From Vicugna vicugna (Eukaryota): a stretch of DNA of 64,000 bases. A program made the position numbers and the translations under genes. The stretch covers positions 674,678 through 738,677 of the forward strand of contig MU058531.1 in the NCBI GenBank assembly GCA_013265495.1, read 5' to 3'. Every line of letters starts with the position of its first letter. Within the stretch, counting starts at the first letter, position 1. Shown piece by piece: positions 11,289 to 23,921 of the stretch. Below the pieces are notes generated by a model. It saw nothing but the letters and a program-made list of their open reading frames with translations. It was not told the DNA's origin and did not search any database.

Positions 11289-12912
11289 TAGCCACACACA
11301 GTGAAGCTGGACCCTTATCTTACACCATACACAAAAATCAACTCAAAATAGATTAAAAACTGAAATGTAACACCTGAAATCACACAACTCCTAGAAGAAA
11401 ACATAGGGAAAAAAACGTCCCTGACATTGATCTTGACAACGATTATTTGGCTATGGTACCAGAAGCACAGGCACCAAAAGCAAAAACAAACAAGTGGGAT
11501 TATATTAAACTAAAAGGTTTCTGCTCAGCAAAAGAAACAATCAACAAAATGAGAAGGCAGCCTACAGAATGGGAGAAAATATTTACAAAGCCTATACCCT
11601 ATAAGCAGTTATATAAAGAACTTATTCAACTCAAGAGCCAAAAAACCAGACAACTTAATTAACAATTGGCAATGGACCTGGATAGACAGTTTTCAAAGGA
11701 GGCATACAAACGGCCAACAGGTATATGAAAAACTCCTCAACATCACTAATCATCAGGGAAATGCAAATCAAAACCACAGTGATATAACCATGGTTTGTTT
11801 TCTAATCTGTGAGTAAACTTATGGTTGCCAAAGGGGAAAGAGAGGGAGGAAAGGGATAAATTAAGAGCATGGGATTAATAGATACAAACTACTGTGCATA
11901 AAATTGATAAGCAACAGGACTTATTGCATAGCACAGGGAAATATATTCAGTGTCTTGTAATAACCTATAATGGAAAATAATCTGAAAAAACATATAACTG
12001 AATCACTTTGCTGTACACCTGAAACTAACAATATTCTAAATCAATTACACTTCAATTAAAAAAAAACAGTGACACATGGCCTCATACTTGTTAGGACGGC
12101 TCTTATCAAAAAGTCAAAAGGTAACAAGTGTTGGCAAAGATGTAGAGGAAAAGGAATCCTTGTAATGGGAATGTAAGTTGGTATGGCCACTATTGACAGC
12201 AGTATCAAGATTTTTCCAAATAAAAAAAATGTAGCAAATGATTCAGGAATATCACTTCTGGGTATATATCCAAAGGAAATGGAATCAGTATCTCAAAGAG
12301 ACAGCTGCACTCCCAAGTTCACTGCAGCATTATTCACAAGAGACAAGGGAAGGAAACAACCTCCATGTCCACTGACAGACAAATGGATAACGAAAATGTG
12401 ACGTGTGCATGTATTATTCAGCCATAAAAAGAAATTCTGCCATTTGTAACAACGTGGATGAACCTAGCGGAACTTATACTAAGTGAAGTAAGCCAGACAG
12501 AGAAAGACAAATACTGTAGGATCTGACTTGTACACGGAATCTTAAAAAAACCAATCTCACAGGAACAGAGTGCCAGAGTGGTTATGGGGGGCTGAGGGGT
12601 GGGGGAAATGAGAGCTACTGGGCGAAGAGTACAAACTTCCAGTTATACAATGATTAAGTTTCAGAGAGCAAAGGAACAGCATGGTAACTATAGTTAATAA
12701 CGTCTGTATTATCTACAGGAAAGGTGTGAGGAAAATAGCGCTTACATTTTCTAACCACACCAAAAAGGTAACCAAGTGAAGTGATGGATACGTTTATTAG
12801 CTTGATTACAGTAATCATTTCAATATATATACTTAGATTAAAACATCACATTGTACACTTTAAGTATATGCAGTTTTTACTTGTCAATCACACTTCCAAA
12901 ACCTGGGGAAAA
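11289..12912 (+). mobile_element. L1 (L1MA-type) ORF2 3' part and 3'UTR, interrupted by a younger L1
   Basis: ORF 11447-11662 KAKTNKWDYIKLKGFCSAKETINKMRRQPTEWEKIF; ORF 12183-12401 ISLLGIYPKEM...FTAALFT; 3'UTR ends ttgtcaatcacacttccaaaacctggggaaaaa. Confidence 0.96.
11787..12066 (+). mobile_element. Younger L1 3'UTR nested in the older L1, with a 28-bp inverted 5' end
   Basis: aaacttatggttgccaaagggg...gctgtacacctgaaactaaca...cttcaattaaaaaaaaa; TSD acagtgatata (11776-11786) / acagtgacaca (12066-12076). Confidence 0.92.
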
Positions 12913-14499
12913 AGGAACGGATTTCTTGAATGTGTCGTATCCTCCTTTCTTGTACTGCGTTGTGATCTCTTATTCAGCAAGCCTGACAATAGTCGTAATG
13001 ACTGTAATAATAATTCTTATTGCTAAAAATGACAGTAGCAGCACTAACCCTCATTCTGTTCACACCAGATTTTACTAGTAGTAATTGCTATTACAGCAGT
13101 GCTTCCCTGGGCCAGCCACTTTCTCATATGCTTCACCAAGCATCGCCTCATTTAAATGTAAGAGCAAAAAAAGCCTCATGCATTAGTCACACTAAACCCA
13201 AGGTAAAGAAGGACACATAGGGTACATTCAAATTGTCCTCTGTCTATCAGAGCCTTCAACACCTAAAGCTTTCTGTCCCACCTGGTGGGTCACCGTTGGA
13301 TGGTCTTACTGGCTCCACTTGCAAGTAGAGAGAGACAGTGACACTTGGAAAAAGCTTACTGTAAGTAGGTTGCTTGCATATGTTATCTTGGAAAACCTCA
13401 TGTTCTGTTCATCGATCTGTGCACCATAGGGAGGGTAAGAAATGAAACGTGCTCAGCTCCAGTTCCCAGCACTTGCATTAGGAAATTATTGTCTGGTTGC
13501 TTAGAAGTCCATCTGCTCCTGCCGGGTGTTGCTGTGCTTGGAGGTCTAAATCCCGTAGGTCATACCCAGCACTGCCAAGGACCCAGAGTCACTGTGGCAG
13601 AGGTGATTAGGTCTCCATTTGGGGAACAGGCTGCAGGAGTAGATGACTTTTGGAGCTCTGATTTTTTCTCATCCGAATGACCGACAGCACAATGAAAAGA
13701 GAGGATGCACAGTTTACCAAGAACAGCTTTTTTACAGCTCATCAATTTCTACACTGCAGTACAACTGTAGGTCTTTATACTCGGCTCTCTGCATTAAAAA
13801 GGGAAATTTGGGGCTTTTCGTGGAATGGTTAGTATGCCTGCTTTTAACATGTCTTCCTGACCTGGGAAAGGCACAGGACAACACGCTGCAGCTTCCCTGT
13901 TGTACTGGGTGGGCTGGTATCTCAGATACTAGCCATAGGTAAACTGCTCACTTTGGGAGGCAGAACAGAAACCAGGGAAGAACTCGGCGCTGAGGATTCT
14001 TCTCCCAGCTTTTCCAGCGATTTGTTGTCTGGTGTTCCCTCTGTGGCTTAATTTTTCTGGAACCTGAAAGTCATAAATACATTGTAACAAGCTGTTAACC
14101 TTCTAAATCAGCTGCTTAGATTCTCCTTCCGTGTGGCAGTTCCATTTTGCTTGTCTTTACTCAGTGCCCTTTACTGGTTGCTAAGACATCCCTTCCCAGC
14201 ATCTTTTATACAACAACAGTCTTCCTTTCCTCAGCCAGGAATTCACATTGTGTACTATTTCTTTGCTAGAGTGTAGGTACTCAGGCTCTGCCCCAGCACA
14301 AGAGAGCAGCAGGTCAGAATAAAACTCTTGTTCCCACTTTCCACAAGCTATCCTGTGATCCTCTTAGGCTCATGAGTATCTAGGGTGTGTCAGTCCTACA
14401 TAAAATATGAACTGAAAAATTAGCAGGTGGTGTTAACGGTCAGCACAGCAGGTCAGAAAGCCACTAGCAGGTGGGCTCCCCCAGCACAAGGAGTATTGC

Positions 14500-15180
14500 C
14501 TCAGGAAACAAGGGATCTAGCTCAGGAGAAAGAAAAAGGAGAGATGAAAGATAGTTCTAGAATGATGGTAGCGGGAAATTCTGGGATAAAAACTATGCAG
14601 CAGTCCTAAAAATCAAGTATTTCAGATTGGGCAGGAAAAAGAGATTGCTTTCAAAGGGGGAACAATGGAACTGATCAAGATTACCTAGTGTGTTTGATCA
14701 CAGTGAGAAGTGGCTCCCCACTCAGAGGGAGGAGGCAGTTGCAGTAAAATAAAAAAAAAAAAAAAAACACGGAAAAGAAAATAAAAAAGTACAATGATTA
14801 ATTCTAGAAAGTAGGCAAGAAAGGAAATGTGATCATAATGTATTAGGTGACTCAGCTAGAAACAGGATTTTCATAAACATGATGATGTAAACATTAAATA
14901 TTGATTTAACCAAAAATTCTGATATAATTGTATTTGAGTGAATGAGGGGAAGGGAAGTCCACTGGAAGGGGTTGGAAAATGAAAGTTAAATATTGGATCT
15001 CTCTACATCAAGAGATAATCTAGAAACTTTTTTAATCAAGACATATTAGTATAGGCATATCAAGTATATAGTAATAGTTTTAAAAATCAGCTGAAAATTA
15101 TGAAAGAGATTATGTCTGGGGAACAGGAAAGGAGTGAAGAGAGGTAGGTATGAAAAAGGAGAAACAAGCATTTTTTTTTA
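14500..15180 (+). mobile_element. Ancient L1/HAL1 3' region fragment
   Basis: aggaaatgtgatcataatg...atgtaaacattaaatattgatttaaccaaaaatt, resembling old L1ME/HAL1 3' sequence. Confidence 0.55.
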
Positions 15181-15504
15181 ACTTTTGCCAAAAACATTTT
15201 AAAAGGCTCGATGCATGAAATATTAAGATTGTTCTACTTTCCCCTTCATAAACAAGAGGGCAACAACATGCAGAACAATGTGTTTCACTATCTGGAGAAC
15301 AGTATGCTTCACCAAGTGATTATTTATTGTAGTAAGTGACCCTGAAAAAGAATGATTTTGAAGATGCTTGGGCAATTTTCATGTAATTTAGAGCCAGAAA
15401 ATCATTTTGGGGTACATGAATTTTCCCTTTTTTAAAAACTGAAAAAATTCACACTATTTATCTAGGCCACAAACTATGGACAGTTTAACTGAATGCCCAT
15501 TAAG

Positions 15505-15970
15505 TTTCAGGCAAATCACATGGGTCCTAGGGACAACGGGAAATCTTAAGGAGAGCAGTGATGTCAAATCAGATTTGCATCTAGAAGACCCTGGCTATTG
15601 TATGGACTGGACGAGACTACGGTTAATAAATACTGTACTGAATGCTGGAAATTTGCTGAGAGAGTAGATTTCAGGTAATCTGTTTCTTAACACACATACA
15701 CATACACAGACACAAAGGGAGCTATGGAAGGGGAAGATGTGTTAATTAACTTCACTTTCTGTATGTATACTGAACTATCATGCTGTATACCTAAAATATA
15801 TACATTTTTATTATAAATAAATTAATTAAAAAAATTATTGTGAAGACTGGCAGGCACCACAATAGCTCAGTGAAGAGCTGGTGGTAGACAAAACTGGGGT
15901 GGTGACCATGGAAATGAAGAGAAGTATATTCATTTGAGGCAGGATTCCACAGGACTGAGGGAGCAGATGT
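15505..15970 (-). mobile_element. L2 fragment split by an L1 3' end
   Basis: agcagtgatgtcaaatcagatttgcatctagaag; ggggtggtgaccatggaaatgaagagaag. Confidence 0.6.
15621..15834 (+). mobile_element. L1MA-type 3' end
   Basis: gttaataaatactgtactg...aaatttgctgagagagtagatttcagg...catgctgtatacctaaaatatataca followed by A-rich tail. Confidence 0.85.
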
Positions 15971-18153
15971 AGCTGCATCACCAATTCGGGGCTTATTCAA
16001 TTAGCCAGAGAATAACTGAATATTTTAATCATCTTCAAATCCATTAATTCTTGTGAAAGCAAACACTTCACAGTAAAATTAAAATTTGAATCCAATTTCC
16101 AATGGCAGGCTCTATTGTAAAGAGATAGATGATCAAAATGGTGGAGAGGGACAAGGCGGGTTGGCCAAGAGCAACATGGGATGAGGAGCAAGAACTCTCT
16201 TGATTCATACCAGCTGGCATTTGAAAGTCCATCCAGAAAACAATTTGAGAAAACATCAGGCAACTAACTGAACATCTTATTCTCGGGCTTATAAAAAATC
16301 AAGTGTATTTTGAAATTCTTAGAGGAAGCATCTTTTATCTTTTCTATCAATAAAATAAAGAAAACCATCAGCTTCCCAATGGGCAAGTTAATGTGTCAGT
16401 GCCAAGCCTGGAAAATCAGATTCAGACTCAAGATGGCCTCATTCTTTCCATGACAAGCATTAAGCAGTCATTTACCCACTAGGTCCTTTTTACCTTCTCC
16501 ACTGTACTTGCCTGAACTAAGCTAAGGAAATTATTAGTATTTCTCTTCTCAACTTTAGGTAAGTAAGGCATCTCTCTCAGCTTGTGTGAGGGGGTGTGTA
16601 GATATGTGTGTGTCTCCCAATGGGCTTGAGGCACAAAAAGCCTTCCAGAACTTCCAAAAGGGTCAGGAGAAAATGAAATAGAAAAAATATTTCCCTATGT
16701 GAAAAGGTTTTTGAGGTTGAATAACTAAGAGTGTTTTTTAACAGAGAAATAAAGGAATGTTTCAGTCATGGGGAGAAATCTCATGTGGGGGTCATGTATA
16801 ATGCTCATATTTATATTCAACAAAGTTTATCATGATAAGAAAGTGGAACATAAATACTACTGAAACTTCAAATTTCTCACACATTTTGTTATCATTTTCT
16901 GAATTTCTTTAAATATGAAAAATGTGCAAGTTCCTATCAAAGTTAATTCTTCAGGACCATGAATAACTCAATGAGGAGCAAGTATAATCTATCTGGGTTA
17001 AACACACATACATTTATTTTTCTCTAAATAGTGTCCATCAAAGTACTCTAAGTATCTTGTTAAAAGTCATTTAAATTCTAGGATAGTCCTCAAATTAGAC
17101 ATTGAAAAATAGGTTAAGCCTACTTCAGCTACATAAACATTTTCTTAGCACTGTACATCCTTAGCAGTCCTCAGGCATATCTCACAGATGGCTAATTTTT
17201 ATTTCCATTCCTAAAGAATGAGAGAAAACATCCTTTCATCCTTTCACAAATATGGCATTTGGTTGTGCAAAGTACACTCCAACCGATTAAGGAACACACC
17301 TCTACTTTGAGTTGCCTATGAAATGCAAGGAGTCTCACACATGAAGACCTTTCTTTCGATATAATTTTCCTTGTTAAAGTTTCTCACTCCTTTGGATCAC
17401 AGGCCAATGTTCATTAGAAACTTGTTGGAACCCCACTCTGGGATAAGGGAACAAGCTCTCATTTTAACAGCGCTCCAGGACATGTTTTGACAAGCACTGG
17501 GTTTACAGGTCTTCCAGGGACACTTCGGTATCAATATTTGGAAAGCAATTCCTCAGAGCCAGCCAGTCATCTTTCTGACACACCAAAGAGTTGTACTGAC
17601 ATCTTTTCTGGGTCACTTTGCTTGCACTTCTAGAGCTCTCACATCTTCTAGAAGTTGGGACTGACATCAAGCAAATTGTGCAGTTTAGGAAAATTGTCTT
17701 TCATTCTTCTCTCCACTTTCTTGTGTTATCTATGTCTCTGTTCTGGAGATCACTCCGGGAAACACCAGCACCCCTAGCTTGGCTACGCAGAATCTTGTCT
17801 CAGATCCTGCCTGCCTCCTTGACTCACATAATCAGTATTCCCTAGGAGACTGAGCCAAATCATGACCCACACAGCTCAATCCGACCAATTAATATGTCAT
17901 GATATGTATGATTGGCAGTGGAATAATAGGTCATATTAACGCCAAGCTGCTCCCCAAACCCCAAATGAGTCCATTCTATTGGTTACTATTCTGTTCATCA
18001 TACTCAAGGCCAACTAGAGAATGAATGTAAACCAACAGCACATATATCACCATTCCTCCTGTCCTATGTCCATGGCGGACAATTATAATTGAAGGAGTAG
18101 ATAGAGCCTCAAAATCCTTTGCGGCACCCTCCTCCAGGCAGCCAGTACTAATC

Positions 18154-18789
18154 TGTATTAACGGTCAACTGCTGTGTTCAAATTACCTTAATATTTAGTG
18201 ACCTAAATCCACAAGAATTTATTATCTCACAATTTCTATGAGTCAGCAATACAGGGATAGCTTATCTGGGTGCCCCTAGTTCAAGATAAAAGTTCAATTG
18301 GTTAGAGGGGTGGGGAGTACAGCGCAGTGGTAGAGTGCATGCTTGGCATGCACCAGGTCCTGAGTTCAATCCCCCCCCCAGTGCCTCCATTAAGGAAAAA
18401 AAAAATTATATATATTTAAGCTCTATTGGTTAGGATCTGCTTGTAAGCTAACTCATACGGCTATAGCAGACCACTTTAGGTCTTTGTTAGCTGTTGTCAG
18501 AGACATGAGGTCCTTATCACATGGTCCCCTCCATAGGAAAGCTCCACAGGAAAGTTCCTGACTTTTTTTTTTTTTCCAGAGCTGGTGAATAAGGAGAGGG
18601 TAAGAAGGAGGCGGAGAGAGGAAACCACAGCCTCACTGTAACCTAATCTCATAAGTGACATTCTGTCATCACTGCTGTATTTTATTTGTTAGAAGTAAGT
18701 CACTAGGCCCAGTCCTCATCCAAGGGAAGGGGATTACAGTAGGACATGCAAACCAGGAGGCGGGGATCACTGGAGAATAGCCTACCATG
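18154..18789 (-). mobile_element. MaLR LTR (MLT1F/G-like) containing a SINE
   Basis: Starts tgtatt; atttattatctcacaatttct; agtaagtcactaggccca; ends cctacca. Confidence 0.85.
18306..18417 (+). mobile_element. Camelid tRNA-derived SINE (Vic-1-like)
   Basis: A-box cagcgcagtgg, B-box gagttcaatcc, A tail; TSD aagttcaattggttag (18290-18305) / aagctctattggttag (18418-18433), 14/16. Confidence 0.93.
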
Positions 18790-20236
18790 CTGTCTCGTCG
18801 ATCTATCAGATTGGACGTGCAACACAGACCTCACTCTACAAATCACTAGTAAATAATTTCAACTGAAGGTGTGAAAAACTTGAATTTAGTAAATGATCCA
18901 AAATCTAAATTAATAATCTTTCTTGAAGCTATTAGTTTAAATGAATGCATTTCCTTAGCTTCTCTTAAAAATGAATGACCTAATTCTGGAAAATAGCTAT
19001 TTCCTCTGGCATTCCAAAAAAGCTGTACCGGGGCCTGTGATGAGACATACTCTTGTAGATAATTTTTATACTTTTTTATTTTAAAATGTAATAAGTAGCC
19101 ATTTGTAAAGCTTGTAAAATCTAGGAGAGTCCAAGAAAAATTTACCTATGATTCAACCGTTCTTGAAGAGTTTAGCCTATTAAAAATTAGTGTATATGCA
19201 TTTATAGTCTGCCTTTTAAAATTTTACATTTGGTTGAGAACATTTTAGCATTTACCCATGGGGAAATAAAACTGGAAACATTACTTTTTAAAGTGCACAT
19301 CAAGATGATTTATTCACTTGCAGGCATATGGGCATAGACTTGAAGGGAATAGTGTAAAACCTGTTGGATCATAGCAGAGTGTGAGCCTCTGGTAGCTTTT
19401 TTATTCCCTATAAAACCTCTCCAATTGCCACAATAATGATTTAGCAATAAATGAAACCTCACGAGAGGAAGGCATAGTATATTCTTCTCTTCTTAACTGA
19501 TTCAACAGTTATGACAGTGGTTATAAGCCTTTTTGAAGGAAGAAGATAAACTGAATCAATAATTTTTCTTTTGAGTTCAGCCTCCTATTACCTATGTTAA
19601 CTATATATATATATTTCTATTCTGATTACTCTGGTTTACACTAAGATCGCCATTCCCAATATTATCTCTGATCCATCAGAGGGAAGCTTCTTGCCCCCTT
19701 AACAGTGATTTAGATTTGGGTGTACAAGCAAAGTCTAAGACTATTTTGATCCTATAAAATAACTTTAAAACATATTTTAATAATAATGTTAAAGTTAAAA
19801 TAAGTATCTCATTTGGTCATTGAGAGGACTGAGGGGGCACAATGTTAACAAAGGGCTGGCACATCCCAAGCACTCAGCAATGGTAACGAAGACCCTAGGC
19901 CAACAAACTTGTCTAAGCTGGACCTTCTTTAAAAGTTACTGTATATACTGATGGGGATGAGATGCGCCTCCAGAAGCTTTAACTTCTGGGGCCCTTTATA
20001 AAGAGGAGTAGGAAGAAGATCCACCCTTCAGGCCAAGATGAATCACAGAAGGTAAAGAATCTTTTTCTGAATTCTTACATTTGTCCACATTTGCTCCTTT
20101 AATAGTTCACAGAACATTTGAAAAGATCCAGAAATGTAATAAATGTTGCTGCAGTCATCTGAACTCTGATCTAGGAAATTCCTTCAGGTTCGCCTTTTCC
20201 CTCTTTGTGCATCTCCTCCAGCTTGGCTCCCTTTCT

Positions 20237-20517
20237 TTTTCTTTTTTCTTTTTTCTTTTTTTTAACATTTTTTATTGACTTTTAATCATTTTACAATGTT
20301 GTGTCAAATTCCAGTGTAGAGCACAATTTTTCAGTTATACATGAACATACAGATATTCACTGTCGCATTTTTTTTCTCTGTGAGCTACCATAAGCTCTTG
20401 TATATATTTCCCTGTGCTATACAGTGTAATCTTGTTTATCTACTCTACATTTTGAAATACCAGTCTATCCCTTCACACCTTCCACCCCCTTGGCAACCAC
20501 AAGTTTGTATTCTATGT
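20237..20517 (-). mobile_element. Young L1 3'UTR with T-rich tail
   Basis: ttttattga...acaatgttgtgtcaaattccagtgtagagcac...ggcaaccacaagtttgt; TSD ttggctccctttct (20223-20236) / ttggcaccctttct (20518-20531), 13/14. Confidence 0.95.
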
Positions 20518-20557
20518 TTGGCACCCTTTCTGATTCGACCTTACTCTAATCCGTTAC

Positions 20558-20955
20558 TGTGGCAAAGCCGGCTAGCAACCAATCAATGACGTGTGCCCTC
20601 CTGCATGTAGTTGTTTCCAAGAGAAGGCTGTGTAGCCAGTGACTATTTCCCAGTCTCCCTGAAAGCAGGTAGAACTCTGTAACCTGTCCTTTCCAGTGAA
20701 ATGTGAGGGGAAGTGGTGCGTGTCACCCCCAGGTTGGGAGGGGTCTCTCTCCCTGGGTGCTAGCTAAAAGAAAAGGGAAAGTTAAAGCCAAGGTCAGAAC
20801 TAGCCTAGGTCCCTGAATGATTACATGGAAGGCTACTTGTCAAACACAGAAATGGAACTGTTATATGAGTGCAAAATAAAACTTTAACATATATTTGAAG
20901 CTACTGCAATTTCAGAGCTTATTTGTTATAGCAGCTAACATTATCCTAAGGAATA
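20558..20955 (+). mobile_element. MaLR LTR (MLT1H/I-like)
   Basis: tgtggc start; ctatttcccagtctccct; cagtgaaatgtgaggggaagtg; ttatttgttatagcagct. Confidence 0.8.
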
Positions 20956-22989
20956 GGACAGCCAGCTCCAGACTGACTACTTTGGTACTGACCAGGGAAC
21001 TCTGGAGAACTCTATCTTAGCCAACTATCATTCGACAGCACAAATACAATCTGCGGGTGCCTGGAACTATACCCAGTTACCTAGCTAAGTTGCCTTCCTA
21101 CCTAACAAACCCACCTACTCCTCTAGGTACCCACACACTGAGGATGAGAGAGGAATTTGCATATAGCCAGCCCCAGCATCAGTGTCTCTGAAATTTCACT
21201 GTCTTGTCCCCAAGTCTAATCAAAGAAACATTGCCATAATTCAACAACTTTCTGATGGATTTTGAAAATTAAAGCAAAATTTAACTGATAAAAGTTATAG
21301 TGAAGCTCATTTGGGCATCAAATGGGATGAGACATACTTCAGTAGCCAAGTGGGAGGGAAAGCAGGAATGGGAAGTCCAAATTAATTACCAAGCACCAGT
21401 AATTTTGGTATCACCATAAAGAACGTAGAGCCACTATCTATTGAACTCAGTGACAAGACATGAATTGACTTTTTGGGTTATAGTTGAGCCCCAAAATAAC
21501 AATTACAATGCACAACTAACAAAGCCTGCTGCAGAGAAAGGTGTGTTCAAGGGTCTTCTAGACAGAATTCAATTGCCAGTTCCATTCTATCCATGCAGTA
21601 TTGATTCCCACTATCCGGCTAAACCACCAAGGGCTGCTAAGACAGTCCATTTGAAGAACATACAGACACTTGTGTTAGTGTATCCGATACAATGGGGCCA
21701 GCAAAATTGGCCCCAGCCACTGGTCATGTAGGTAAGACCTTTGGTGGTACACACACAGCAAAGTGAAATTTTCCTACCACAAAGAGCTTCAAAAAGAGCC
21801 TGTACCAAAAATTAGGCAAAACAAATTTAATTCAGAACATACAGAAGATATAAAGGTAAATTACAAAGTAAATTAGGTAAATAATTTTAGAAAAGCTGCT
21901 GCATTCATCTTTTATTTATTATTTTATATTAATAAAGATTAAAGCCAATTAAGTTTTTGGTTTTATATCAGTTTAGAGAAATAATAAAGCATCTTCTCCC
22001 ATCATTTCTTATAGCAAGTATAACTTACAGAGCACAAAGCCATATTTATCTAACTGAAATGGGCACTGGTTCTTGTTGTACCTCTTAAAGTACTCTTTCA
22101 CTACTTCTATTCTAAGGCCCAGGTCACGGAAGTATAGCTAACTTGTTTTTAGGTGCTGGTGGTGAATCACTGTGGAAGTATAAACTTTGCATTATTAAAG
22201 CAGCAATAGGGAAAGGTTGCTACCAGAATTGAGACAGTGCCAATAGATACTGTCTCTACTTCACTTCTCTCTTCTTCCTCCCCACCCCCTTGTCTCAATC
22301 TCTCCCTCCCCACCTCAGGAAGGCTCATAATGAGTGAAATTTTTACAGAAGAAGAGAGTGGTAACTCCAATGGCAATAACAAAGTCATAAAGTCCACATG
22401 ACTCCTAAGTAAGCCATAAATAGTAAGCTCAAATTATATCTAATTACAAATTATCCATTCAATTAAGCCATGAGGGCTGTGTATACCCCAGTGAAAATAG
22501 AAAGTAACTGAATTACTGGGTACAAAACCTATTTACCTGAAATATTGAGGCAATAAGGGGTATCTGGTCACTTTCAAGAAGGCAAATACTCATCTCTCAC
22601 TTCTCTAGTGCAATCTACACATGTGAAGTACATACAGCCCTAAATGATGTTTTCACAGAATGTGATTTGTACTGTAGTACTGGTGACCTGAACTTCATGA
22701 TTCAATTCACCTACTGACTGAACTGAAGACTCTGAGCTTCATCAGGGTTAATAAAAAGACTTCAGTGATGGTCAGTCTATTTACTACCCTAAGCTCAATG
22801 AACCCACTCTCATTTCACCAACAACTACTTCACATAATGTTTACTACTTTCAAGTAGTGATGAACTTTTGAATTATAAGTGTTAATAAGTTCATTAAACA
22901 AGCCTAGTAGACAGAAGAGGAGGAAGCGAACAAAAGAAGGTAATTATAATGTTGTGAATGAACATCTCAGTGCCAAATATCAGGGAGAA

Positions 22990-23165
22990 GCTTCACATGT
23001 GTGATTGCATCTTTATAGTACAGTAGGATCTGTAACTTTAGTTTTACAGATGAAGAAATTGAGGTTTCAGGAGGCTAAATAATTTGTCCCCAAATACACA
23101 GCTAGTGAGTACTCGGGCTGGAATTCTAAAGCCCTTGTCCATACAACTCCAATATCCTGCCTGTC
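22990..23165 (-). mobile_element. MIR
   Basis: ttttacagatgaagaaattgaggtttcag...acacagctagtgagt. Confidence 0.8.
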
Positions 23166-23676
23166 TCACTTCCTTATTGGTTGAGTTGTAGACTTCAGCT
23201 CGTTAACATAAGGTCAAGGGAAATAGATGTGACTATGTTCCTACAAAGCATAGTGAAATCTAGGCAAAAAGCTGGGTGCAAATCATTGCAATTCACAACA
23301 GATTAACAACAACAACAAAATTATACATGAAATCATCATCATGATATTAAATTTTCCTCTTAGACCATCTGTCAAACTGAATAGATCCCAGAAAGCAGAG
23401 ACAATGACAACACTTGGAAAGTAATTCTTCAACTACTGAGTGAGTCGACTATAAGTCAAAGAAATAAGACATAACAAAAAGAAAAAGAACTTTAAGATGT
23501 TTTTGGTGCTTTCTGAAGGCTTCTAAGTGCTTCCATTAGTGAAGAGCCTAATTAGAAGATCACCTGTCTGAGGACTTTGTAAAACAAGAAGGAAAAAATA
23601 CCAGAATCAAATCTGTCTAAATTGTAGCTTTCAACTCTAAATAATCAGTAGGCTGGACAGCCTTCAAGATGAAGTC

Positions 23677-23834
23677 CAGGGGTTGTCAAACATTTCCTGC
23701 AAAGGGACAGACAGTAAATATTTCAGTCTTTGCAAGCAGCATGATCTCTTCTGCAATTGCTTAGCTCTGCCCCTGTAACATGAGAACAGACATGGACAAT
23801 ATATAAACAGATGGGGGCGCTGTGTTCCAGTTTT

Positions 23835-23867
<33 letters not shown>

Positions 23868-23921
23868 TAATATATGTAGTGGGCCAGATTTGATCCACAG
23901 GTTGTAGTTTGCCAACCTCTG
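23677..23921 (+). mobile_element. MER58A-like hAT-Charlie MITE
   Basis: TIRs caggggttgtcaaac / gtttgccaacctctg; internal aaagggacagacagtaaatattt, gctgtgttcca, gggccagatttg. Confidence 0.9.
23835..23866. repeat. (TTG)n microsatellite, about 10 units, inside MER58A
   Basis: Direct read; explains the polyQ in ORF 23664-23915. Confidence 0.97.

Noticed and set aside
23664..23915. PolyQ-containing ORF
   Set aside because: Translation of a (TTG)n microsatellite inside MER58A.
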